Source of the DNA: a virus | Lineage: Duplodnaviria > Caudoviricetes | Strand: one strand, 5' to 3' | DNA length: 27,310 nt | Virus record (IMG/VR): IMGVR_UViG_3300026897_000014 | Coordinates: 1 to 27,310 of that record | Shown here: piece after piece, positions 7,032 through 14,126 of the stretch | Numbering within the stretch: the first letter of the stretch is position 1 | Layout of the letters: every line of letters begins with the position of its first letter | The notes under the pieces: model-generated | The model's input: the letters and a program-made list of their open reading frames with translations, nothing else | Databases searched by the model: none | Told to the model about the DNA's origin: nothing | Program-made: the position numbers and the translations under genes

Positions 7032-7373
7032 TTAGCTGCGCTCGGACACGTCGCGGGGCTTGCCGGAGAACATGTCAGTTTGCTGTGGGTGCTCGGTCGA
7101 CAGCGAGCCGTCATCCATCACCCAGTAGAAGGACGAGCCGCGCACCGGCTTCGGCCGCTTCGAGTCGATCTCGGCGTCGATCGTGACGGTCGGGCCTTCG
7201 ACGCAGAGGTTGATCTTCAGGCTGACATTGCCCTTGATCTTGCTTTTCGGATTGCCGCCGCCCAGCTCTTTCAGCTTGGCCAGCGTCTCGGTGATTTCGG
7301 TGCCGAGAGCGGCGGCAACTTCGCCGCCTTCCAACATGCCGATGATGGTCTGTGCGTCGCGGATGCGTTTCAT
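7032..7373 (-). CDS. Small conserved phage protein partnering DUF2303
   Basis: GAGG RBS before ATG 7373; KGNVSLKI...SKRPKPVRGSSFYWVMDDGSLSTEHPQQTDMF, the pattern seen upstream of DUF2303 genes. Confidence 0.75.
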   Translation of the reverse strand: MKRIRDAQTIIGMLEGGEVAAALGTEITETLAKLKELGGGNPKSKIKGNVSLKINLCVEGPTVTIDAEIDSKRPKPVRGSSFYWVMDDGSLSTEHPQQTDMFSGKPRDVSERS

Positions 7374-7380
7374 GTTTGTC

Positions 7381-7480
7381 CTCACGGCCGTTTCGCCGCC
7401 GGTTGGGGTGGGTCGTTCGGAAGCGCTCGGCGGCTGGCCTCCGGACGGGGCGGCGAACGATCGCCGGCCCGCGGTCGCGG
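7381..7480 (-). repeat. GTGAG multi-hairpin repeat, copy 2 (intergenic, after ssb)
   Basis: ccgc-gacc-gcgg gcc ggcga-tcgt-tcgcc gccccgtcc ggag gcc a gccgccg...cggcggc gaaac ggcc gtgag. Confidence 0.78.
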
Positions 7481-7481
7481 C

Positions 7482-7991
7482 CTAGAACGGAATGTCGTCG
7501 TCGAGATCGCGGACGCCGGGCGACTGCTGGCCATTGGATTGACCAGACGTGCGCGAACCGCCCGACCGCGCGCCGTCGGCACCGCCTTTGACGCTACCGT
7601 AATCGTCGGGGCTTTCGGCGCCGGGAGCGCGGTTCGATTGCTGCTTGTCCAGCATCTGGATTTCGCCGCGGAATTTCTGCAGCACGACTTCCGTCGTGTA
7701 CCGGTCCGAGCCGTCCTGGCCCTGCCACTTGCGGGTCGAGAGCTGGCCCTCGACATAGACCTTCATGCCCTTTTTCAGATATTGCTCGGCAAGTTTGGCG
7801 AGGTTCTCATTGAAGACGACGATCGAGTGCCACTCGGTCTTTTCCTTGCGCTCGCCGGTGTTCTTGTCCTTCCAGCTTTCGGACGTGGCGATGCGGAAGT
7901 TGACGACCATGTCGCCGGAGTTCAGGCGGCGGATTTCCGGGTCGGCGCCGAGATTGCCGACGAGGATGACCTTGTTGACGGAGCCGGCCAT
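7482..7991 (-). CDS. ssb: Single-stranded DNA-binding protein
   Basis: [39 protein letters not shown], acidic tail DLDDDIPF. Confidence 0.97.
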   Translation of the reverse strand: MAGSVNKVILVGNLGADPEIRRLNSGDMVVNFRIATSESWKDKNTGERKEKTEWHSIVVFNENLAKLAEQYLKKGMKVYVEGQLSTRKWQGQDGSDRYTTEVVLQKFRGEIQMLDKQQSNRAPGAESPDDYGSVKGGADGARSGGSRTSGQSNGQQSPGVRDLDDDIPF

Positions 7992-8413
7992 TATTCAGTC
8001 TCCCTTGCCTGCGCGGCGGCCCCGTGCATCCGCGCAAGCTTCTCGTTTCGAATAGCAAGATCGAGCTGCATGCGAAGCACACGCGCAGATTTGATCGACA
8101 GGCGGCAAGGGATTTCGAGGTGGGCTAAAGAACGACCAATTGGCTCGGTAGCCACCACAAACTTCAATACGATCTCGTCTGAGATATATTCGATCCTTAC
8201 ACCCCGGTATGCCCACGCTGCAAACCAATCAAAGACCGTCGAACCCAATATATATTTTGGGAAATCCGGCACAGCTTTGATGGGCCAAAGACCCTCGATT
8301 GTTGTTCGCGCTTCCGGTGGTGCTGTCGGCCGCTCAAAGGGACAGTCGGCGCGGCTGCACCAATGTCCATCATTGTCACCACAGGGGCACGGCTGCATCT
8401 CGGGGGCGGTCAT
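7991..8413 (-). CDS. Hypothetical protein
   Basis: Coupled at both ends (TGATG upstream, TAATG with ssb); N-terminal CPC..HWC...CP; visibly AT-richer interior. Confidence 0.55.
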   Translation of the reverse strand: MTAPEMQPCPCGDNDGHWCSRADCPFERPTAPPEARTTIEGLWPIKAVPDFPKYILGSTVFDWFAAWAYRGVRIEYISDEIVLKFVVATEPIGRSLAHLEIPCRLSIKSARVLRMQLDLAIRNEKLARMHGAAAQARETE

Positions 8414-8637
8414 CACGCTGCCTTTGCGGTTTGTGCGCCGGCGGGCGCGGAAGGGTCGGGGTCGAGTTCGGCGAGCTGCGCCAGCAGGTCTGCGCCGATG
8501 ATGTTGCGCAGATGCGCGTCGGAGGCGGGCGTCAGCACGATCTCGCTGGCTTCGTAGAGTTTCTCGCCGATCAGCACGCGCAACGGCTCGCCGCTGGCCA
8601 GCCGGTCGACGGCGCGGCGGAGCAGTTGCGCCGTCAT
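8413..8637 (-). CDS. Hypothetical protein (74 aa)
   Basis: ATGA-coupled, fills the operon. Confidence 0.65.
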   Translation of the reverse strand: MTAQLLRRAVDRLASGEPLRVLIGEKLYEASEIVLTPASDAHLRNIIGADLLAQLAELDPDPSAPAGAQTAKAA

Positions 8638-8801
8638 GAACGCACCTGCTTGATCTTGGCGACGATCCGGCTTTGCGTCGGTGCGCGCGCGGATGCCGCG
8701 CGCTTGCCCGCTTCCTGCGGTGTCTCGGCCTCGATGTCGACCTTCGCCCCGTCGTCGAAATGGACGCGGAACGTGAAAACTGCGGGCGCTGTGGTGGCCA
8801 T
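8634..8801 (-). CDS. Hypothetical protein (55 aa)
   Basis: TGATG-coupled start; MATTAPAVFTFRVHFDDGAKVDIEAETPQEA. Confidence 0.65.
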   Translation of the reverse strand: MATTAPAVFTFRVHFDDGAKVDIEAETPQEAGKRAASARAPTQSRIVAKIKQVRS

Positions 8802-9559
8802 CAGCTGACCCTCGCGACGATGCCGAGGTAGCGCTCGAGCCGGTCGAGATAGGCGATCTCGGCCTTGACCGGCCCCCATGGCTTCAGCGAGCCGGTCAGA
8901 CGCGGCACACGCAGTTCCGCAGACGGAAGGCAGGCAGGAGCAACTTTGTCGAAGAAGTGATATGCCTCGGCAATCAGCATCCGGTTGTCCATCTCGGCCA
9001 CCTGGCGCGCGTAGATCGGCATGTGCTCGATTGGTGCGAGGCCGGCGACGCGGAAGACGACCCGGTCGATGGCATTCTTGGCGCACTCGATCGCATTCCT
9101 GATCGTCGAGGACGCTGCGGAGCGCCGGGCTGCCGGCATGGCAAGCTGGTGATAATGTTCGATCAGCTGGACCATCGGCCGCGTGATGTCGCCGGTGAAG
9201 GCCTCGTGCGCGTCGTGCAAGAGGAAATAGCCGGCAAGGACCTGGTCGCCGGTTTCGTTCATCAGCGCGTCGGCGCCCATGACGCAGTGCTGTCCGACCG
9301 AATAGGCCGCGCCCGGGTAGCGTCCGTTGAAGCGGGTGATCTTCGACAGGCCGTTGGCGATCTCGGTCCAGACAATGTCCGCGTCGCAGACATTGGCAAG
9401 ATCCATCGCCGAGCCATCTGGCCGGAAGGCAGGAACGATCGGCTTTGCCTCACGCCGCGCATCGGCGGCGTCGCCGCCTGCGGCTCCGGCGGGGCGGGCC
9501 ATGTGGCCCGACGGCCGTTGTTGCCCCAAGGTGGCGGCCTTGCGCTGCGCGGCCTTCAT
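8801..9559 (-). CDS. HD-domain 5'-deoxynucleotidase-like protein (YfdR/YfbR type)
   Basis: EIANGLSKITRFNG, YSVGQHCV, LLHDAHEAFTGDI, DNRML; ATGA-coupled start at 9559; the N-terminus is repeat-derived. Confidence 0.85.
   Translation of the reverse strand: MKAAQRKAATLGQQRPSGHMARPAGAAGGDAADARREAKPIVPAFRPDGSAMDLANVCDADIVWTEIANGLSKITRFNGRYPGAAYSVGQHCVMGADALMNETGDQVLAGYFLLHDAHEAFTGDITRPMVQLIEHYHQLAMPAARRSAASSTIRNAIECAKNAIDRVVFRVAGLAPIEHMPIYARQVAEMDNRMLIAEAYHFFDKVAPACLPSAELRVPRLTGSLKPWGPVKAEIAYLDRLERYLGIVARVS
9449..9550 (-). repeat. GTGAG multi-hairpin repeat, copy 3 (in frame at the HD protein N-terminus)
   Basis: gcaa ggccg...cggcc gtc gggcc-acat-ggccc gccccgcc ggag ccgc a ggcggc-gac-gccgcc gatgc gcggc gtgag. 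Confidence 0.8.
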
Positions 9560-10089
9560 GCGCCCACCTTCTGGAGCCCGGCGCCGACGCGGATGAGGAT
9601 GTCGGCGGTCATGTGGGAAAACAGCTCGGTGCGGTCGAGCACGCGGGCCAGAAGCGCCAGGCAGCGTTCGCGCTGGCTCGGCCACGGGTCGAGCTTCAGG
9701 GCGGCGACTGCTCGGCAATAGGCGTGCCAATCGACCGTGTAGGCCTGCGTCTGCGTTGCGCCGCGCGGCATCGGCGGGCGGTGCGCGATGGCTTCAAGCG
9801 CCTTGCGGACGATGTCGGGGGTCAGGTCGGGCATCGGCCGCGCCTGCGACACGAAGCGCTGGTCGGCGATCGTCTTGGCGGCCTGATGATGCTCGGCGAT
9901 CTCGGCCGCGGTGAAGCCGAGCTGAACCAGTTCGGCGACCGTCGCGCCGCCGCAGCCGCGCGCGGCGACGTCCAGCATCGCGTCGGCCAGCTCCTGCGCG
10001 CGCGGATGGACGGCTTCATCCGGAAAGGGATGCACAGGCCGCGTCTGCGCGGACGCGCGCGGCGTGAAGGTCTGGAAATGCGCCGTCAT
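9556..10089 (-). CDS. Hypothetical phage protein
   Basis: TGATG-coupled start (MTAHFQTF...), helical composition, GC-rich third codon positions. Confidence 0.7.
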   Translation of the reverse strand: MTAHFQTFTPRASAQTRPVHPFPDEAVHPRAQELADAMLDVAARGCGGATVAELVQLGFTAAEIAEHHQAAKTIADQRFVSQARPMPDLTPDIVRKALEAIAHRPPMPRGATQTQAYTVDWHAYCRAVAALKLDPWPSQRERCLALLARVLDRTELFSHMTADILIRVGAGLQKVGA

Positions 10090-10712
10090 CACAGCACCGC
10101 GACCATGAGGGCGATAAAGCCGATGGCGACGACGAAGCTTGCCAGTTCGCGCAGGGTGGCCAGCAAGTTCGCGCGGGAGTTGCGGCGGCCGGGAAATGTG
10201 CCAAGATGCCGCTTTTCGGGGAGGGCGAGGTGAAGAGCGTTCAACTGCTGCGCCGGAGCGATGGCGCGCTCGCAATCCGGGTCAACCCACGGAACTCTCC
10301 GCCAGTGGTGGTCGATCTCGACCCCGAGAACGCGGGCATCATTCTCAGCGGACTTGCGACGGCGCTCGCGGAAAGCGGCGATCTCGGCGTCGCCAACCGG
10401 GTGGTAGAGGGAGAGGTCGTCGCCGATCCGCCCAGCTTTTGTCCCGTCGCCTTGCCCGAGGTCATGGTCGAGAACAAGACGGGCGCGGTCGGCATGGTCT
10501 TCGCTCACCGATGGCTTGGGCCGGTTGCCGTCATGATCGGCCCCGAGGACGCGATTGCCCTCGGGCATGGCCTGATCCGAACCGCGAAGCACCAGGCGGA
10601 ATGAAGGTTCGAACGGGAAGAAGGTGCGATGCAGGCGTTCGAGCGGCAACTTGCCGCCGAGCGAGGCGGCGCGGGAGGCGTGGGACAGTCGGGGTGCTTC
10701 GGAAAGTGACAT
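10089..10712 (-). CDS. First ORF of the leftward operon, C-terminal transmembrane segment (true start uncertain)
   Basis: GGAG RBS before ATG 10712 and stop coupled to the next gene; ends ASFVVAIGFIALMVAVL; the middle is antisense to 10230..10604. Confidence 0.35.
   Translation of the reverse strand: MSLSEAPRLSHASRAASLGGKLPLERLHRTFFPFEPSFRLVLRGSDQAMPEGNRVLGADHDGNRPKPSVSEDHADRARLVLDHDLGQGDGTKAGRIGDDLSLYHPVGDAEIAAFRERRRKSAENDARVLGVEIDHHWRRVPWVDPDCERAIAPAQQLNALHLALPEKRHLGTFPGRRNSRANLLATLRELASFVVAIGFIALMVAVL
10230..10604 (+). CDS. Hypothetical protein, antisense to the leftward operon
   Basis: GGGGAGG upstream of GTG 10230; protein-like composition (KSVQLLRRSDGALAIRVNP...). Confidence 0.6.
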   Translation: MKSVQLLRRSDGALAIRVNPRNSPPVVVDLDPENAGIILSGLATALAESGDLGVANRVVEGEVVADPPSFCPVALPEVMVENKTGAVGMVFAHRWLGPVAVMIGPEDAIALGHGLIRTAKHQAE

Positions 10713-10745
10713 CGGGATGCTCCAGCGCGATTGCGATGGAGGCAA

Positions 10746-10796
10746 GTGATAATGCGGGTTTTATACCGCGTCAATACCGCAAGGTAAAAAACCCGC
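10746..10796 (-). promoter_or_regulatory. Leftward early promoter with two repressor operators (OL)
   Basis: GCGGGTTTTATACCGC (10754-10769) and AAGGTAAAAAACCCGC (10781-10796) match the OR consensus; TTGACG-N17-TATCAC on the minus strand. Confidence 0.75.
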
Positions 10797-10798
10797 GA

Positions 10799-11422
10799 TT
10801 ATTTTATGGGCAGGCCCAGCGCCGTAGCGAACGCTGCCGTCGCGCTTTCGCAAGAAGCGTAGGCCACGGCCCCCTTCGGCGTTCGCGTGATCCATGGGCG
10901 TGCGCGCGCACCGAGATGTTCGCGGGTGACGTCGCCGTCGATCTGAGCAACCGATATCCACGCGTCAGGTTCATGCGACAGGGCGAATTTCGGACTGACG
11001 CGCACTTTGCCGTATCTGGTCAGATCGTGCAGTGCGATCTCTCTCATCTGACCGGACGCGTCGTCGTGCAGCCGGACGATCCACCCAAGCGCCTCGATGT
11101 CAGCGGTATAGAGGCGGGCGGCGTCCGCGATGGCGGCCGCCGTGGCGCGTTCGCGGCGTGCCGGAACATAGGCGACCGCTCGCGCTTCAAGAGGGCTGCC
11201 ATCGCGCATGGCCCGGAGGTTCGAAACATCGTCGGATGGATGCACGAGCCGAGACACGTCGCCGACGACAAGCGCTGCCGCATGTTTGCAGAACTTGCCG
11301 CCCAGCCGTCCGCCCGGGCACGAGCAGAAGATCCTGAACGTCGGTCCTTCGCCCTCCGCGACAAGCTGGTAGGGCTTCTTGCCGGAGCCTTGCACCTGAA
11401 AGCGCAGCCGCCCGTCCGTCAC
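10799..11422 (-). CDS. SWIM zinc-finger protein co-transcribed with the repressor
   Basis: VQGSGKKPYQL...CSCP...FCKH (CxC-n-CxH); GTGA overlap with the cI stop. Confidence 0.8.
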   Translation of the reverse strand: MTDGRLRFQVQGSGKKPYQLVAEGEGPTFRIFCSCPGGRLGGKFCKHAAALVVGDVSRLVHPSDDVSNLRAMRDGSPLEARAVAYVPARRERATAAAIADAARLYTADIEALGWIVRLHDDASGQMREIALHDLTRYGKVRVSPKFALSHEPDAWISVAQIDGDVTREHLGARARPWITRTPKGAVAYASCESATAAFATALGLPIK

Positions 11423-12102
11423 AGCCCGAACAACTCGTTCAATGTCAGCACCTTGTGGACCGCTATGACGTGCGATTGATTGAGTTCGACCGTCGCTTCG
11501 GGATTGAGCTTGCCGACATAGATCTTGCTGCCACTGCGCCGCAGCAGGTGACCGATCATCGCTTCGACGCCGCCCGCTTCCGAATATTTCATCTGCACAA
11601 TGACTGAATCTCCAATCCGGGGCGGCTTGCCCGGATGAACGAAACGCAGGTCGCCGGGGCGATGCTCCGGTTCCATCGACGTTCCTTCGATGAAAAGCGC
11701 ATAGAGGTCCTTCGCGCCAGCCATCGCCGGGGGGCGGCGCGCCCAGTCGATCGCATTGTCGTCAAGCTGGAAGGCGCCCTTGAGATGCGACGCCGCCGCC
11801 GTGCCGCGCACAGGCACGTCGTTCGGCATCTGGGATGCTGGTGCGAGGCGGATATCGGCCCGCCGGACATTGCTTTTCGGATGGGCGTCCGCAACATCGG
11901 TCTTGGCTGTCAGCCATTCCGGCGTCGTCATCAGCGCTTGGGCGATCTTTTCCAGCGTGTCGATTCTTGGCTGGTCGCTCTTGCCCGTGAGGATGTTGCG
12001 GATCAGGTCGGGATTGGTCGAAACTTCGAGCGATGCGCCACGGGCCGACTTGCCGACCTGTTCAAGGCGCTGTTCAATCCGGGTCTTCAGGGCTTCGTTC
12101 AT
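11419..12102 (-). CDS. cI: CI-like repressor (HTH + S24 peptidase)
   Basis: N-terminal HTH (SARGASLE..PRIDTLEKIAQALMTTPEWL); S24-type LYALFIEGTSMEP..PGDLRFVHP; divergent from the cro-like gene. Confidence 0.9.
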   Translation of the reverse strand: MNEALKTRIEQRLEQVGKSARGASLEVSTNPDLIRNILTGKSDQPRIDTLEKIAQALMTTPEWLTAKTDVADAHPKSNVRRADIRLAPASQMPNDVPVRGTAAASHLKGAFQLDDNAIDWARRPPAMAGAKDLYALFIEGTSMEPEHRPGDLRFVHPGKPPRIGDSVIVQMKYSEAGGVEAMIGHLLRRSGSKIYVGKLNPEATVELNQSHVIAVHKVLTLNELFGL

Positions 12103-12105
12103 GAT

Positions 12106-12186
12106 GCGGTTATCCTACCGCTTTTGAGCGACGGTTGATTGCGGGAAAAAACCCGTTGACAGTGCGGTAAACAACCCGCATACAAT
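12106..12186. promoter_or_regulatory. Right operator: three operators and the rightward promoter
   Basis: GCGGTTATCCTACCGC (12106-12121), GCGGGAAAAAACCCGT (12141-12156), GCGGTAAACAACCCGC (12164-12179); TTGACA at 12156-12161 followed by CATACAAT at 12179-12186. Confidence 0.85.
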
Positions 12187-12212
12187 TGCGCCGTCATACC
12201 TGGAGTGTCATT

Positions 12213-12545
12213 GTGACCCTGATCGACCAGTTCGCCATTGTGGCCAATGCCTATTGCACCGCGCGCGACCTTTCCGTCGCCCGAGTTTCGACCATTGTCT
12301 TCAATGATGGATCGAAGCTCGGCGACCTGATGAGTGGCGCGGCCGATGTGACCACGCGCCGCTATGAAAAGGCGCTGCAGTGGTTTTCTGACAATTGGCC
12401 GGACAACACGGGATGGCCGGCGGAGGTCGCCCGACCCGAGACGCTGCAACAGAATGACGGTGAGGCCCCCAGCGCCGTCGAGGCCGGTTCCGTTCCCTCC
12501 CAAGCCGGAGCCGGCCACCCTTTGCTTGCGGAGCCGGCGGAATGA
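12213..12545 (+). CDS. cro: Cro-like regulator
   Basis: GGAG RBS, GTG 12213; LSVARVSTIVFNDGSKL...ALQWFSDNWP...WP pattern of alphaproteobacterial Cro-position proteins. Confidence 0.75.
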   Translation: MTLIDQFAIVANAYCTARDLSVARVSTIVFNDGSKLGDLMSGAADVTTRRYEKALQWFSDNWPDNTGWPAEVARPETLQQNDGEAPSAVEAGSVPSQAGAGHPLLAEPAE

Positions 12546-12604
12546 TCGCGCGCCGCAAGGATCTTCGCCCGGCGATGTTGCTCCTTCTGGAGCCATATGT
12601 GGCG

Positions 12605-12907
12605 CTACCTCGGCGTCCGGCGCTCGCGGGCGTTGATCATGATTGCCTCGAGGTGTTGCCGCGCAAGCTCGGAAACCTTGATCGTGAACAACTCGTCCTC
12701 GGACGCGGGCACAAGGTCGGCTTCCCGGTTGACCAGGGCCTGATCGGCCCGCCGTCCGAGCGCAGCCAGATCGGGATGCGTTTCGAGCAGCAGAGTGACC
12801 AGGGTTTCGAGCGCGTTGTTCTTGCCAATCAGGCTGATCATCAGCGCTTCCAGCTGATCGTGCGTGACGGCGTTGGCGACGCTTCGTCTCAACCTGCGAC
12901 TGCTCAT
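12605..12907 (-). CDS. Hypothetical protein antisense to the rightward operon (moron-like)
   Basis: GGAGG 8 nt upstream of ATG 12907; helical, protein-like sequence. Confidence 0.65.
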   Translation of the reverse strand: MSSRRLRRSVANAVTHDQLEALMISLIGKNNALETLVTLLLETHPDLAALGRRADQALVNREADLVPASEDELFTIKVSELARQHLEAIMINARERRTPR

Positions 12908-13030
12908 TCCGGCATCCTCCGCCGCTGTGTGATTCTGCTCCGCCGAGCATATGTGAAAATGGCATGCGGACCCCCTTAGAAGCGATCAGCCCTGGCGGCT
13001 GAACGTCCGCACATCACCATCCAACGACCA

Positions 13031-13073
13031 TTCCCGCCACGGGAAAAGCACATCGCTTTTCCCTGACAGGGAA
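13031..13073. promoter_or_regulatory. Two TTCCC-N5-GGGAA palindromes upstream of the CII-like gene
   Basis: TTCCCGCCACGGGAA (13031-13045) and TTCCCTGACAGGGAA (13059-13073). Confidence 0.5.
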
Positions 13074-13093
13074 AGCTTTGCCGGAGTTTCCCC

Positions 13094-13588
13094 ATGCAGC
13101 CCGACAATCTGCCCAGCGCCTGGTTCTACCGGTTGAAGGCGGCGCAGCGCGACCTGATCAAGCGGGCCGGCGGCATCGAGCGCGCGGCCGAGCTGGCGTC
13201 GATCTCGAAGAGCCAGATGGGCCGTTTCAACAATGACGGCGACCCGGAACTGATGCCGATCCCGGCCATACTGATGCTGCAGCGCGAGTGCGGCGTGCCG
13301 CTGGTGACCAGTGCCATGGCCGAACTGGAAGGGCGGCGGCTGGCCGACCCATCCGAGGCCGCTGCCGCCAATGGGTCGATCCTGTCCAGTTATGCCGAAG
13401 TGGTCGTGCAGGCGGGCGAGCTGATCTCCAAGGGCGCTCTGGCCTTCGCCGATGGCAAGCTGACGCCAGCCGAGGCCTCCGGAATGGACCGTGCCGCGGC
13501 GGCGCTGGAAATTGTCATATCGGAGCTGCGCAAGGCAACAGCCGGGGCGCGCAGCTCCGGCGCACTGTTGCACGGGCAGGGAGGCTGA
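13094..13588 (+). CDS. CII-like phage regulatory protein
   Basis: LKAAQRDLIKRAGGIERAAE..SKSQMGRF..MPI; DGKLTPAEA; position after cro; GGAG RBS. Confidence 0.7.
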   Translation: MQPDNLPSAWFYRLKAAQRDLIKRAGGIERAAELASISKSQMGRFNNDGDPELMPIPAILMLQRECGVPLVTSAMAELEGRRLADPSEAAAANGSILSSYAEVVVQAGELISKGALAFADGKLTPAEASGMDRAAAALEIVISELRKATAGARSSGALLHGQGG

Positions 13589-13589
13589 C

Positions 13590-14126
13590 ATGGGCGTTCC
13601 TCCCTCAGCCTATGCGCCAGCCGAGATCGACGCGATCGGCAAATGGCTGCGCGAGGATCTGTCCGCTGGCGAGATTGCTGCACGGCTGTCAGTTCAGCGT
13701 GGTGTTGCGGTGTCGCGGAACGCCATCATCGGCATCGTTTTGCGCAACCGCACTCTGAACGCGATCGGCTTCTCGCGCGGCGCGCGTCAAGGGCGCTTGC
13801 GGGGAGGGGCGCCGGTCAAGCCGCGCATGCCCCGTCCGCCGCTTCCAAAGGCCGCTCCGAAAGCTGCCGCATGCAGACCGCGCGCGTTAGAGACTGTTGC
13901 GCCCAAGCCGCTGCCTCGGTCCGCATTTGCGGCCGGCAAGTCAGGCGATTTCGTCGTCGTGCCGATGCCGTTTCTGCGCGCGGCCAGCGAGAATCGCTGC
14001 CTTTTCTTCGCCGCCGATCCCTGGACGCCCGACGGACCCGACATGCAGGTCTGCGGATGCCTGCGCCAGACGGTTTCGCGCAAACCCTACTGCGCGCTGC
14101 ACCTGGTTTGCGAGGCGGCGGCATGA
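13590..14126 (+). CDS. gcrA: GcrA-like cell-cycle regulator
   Basis: LSAGEIAARL...VSRNAIIGIVLR N-terminal domain, Pro/Ala linker, C-terminal C...CG...PYCALH; GGAGG RBS. Confidence 0.8.
   Translation: MGVPPSAYAPAEIDAIGKWLREDLSAGEIAARLSVQRGVAVSRNAIIGIVLRNRTLNAIGFSRGARQGRLRGGAPVKPRMPRPPLPKAAPKAAACRPRALETVAPKPLPRSAFAAGKSGDFVVVPMPFLRAASENRCLFFAADPWTPDGPDMQVCGCLRQTVSRKPYCALHLVCEAAA

Noticed and set aside
4075-9559. Z-genome (2-aminoadenine) biosynthesis cluster
   Set aside because: DUF550 and HD genes are present, but no PurZ/PurA homologue or phage DNA polymerase is in the window
13643-14122. N-terminal 160 aa of the 1055-aa track ORF
   Set aside because: Overlaps the GcrA-like gene in another frame; the real start is the coupled ATG at 14123
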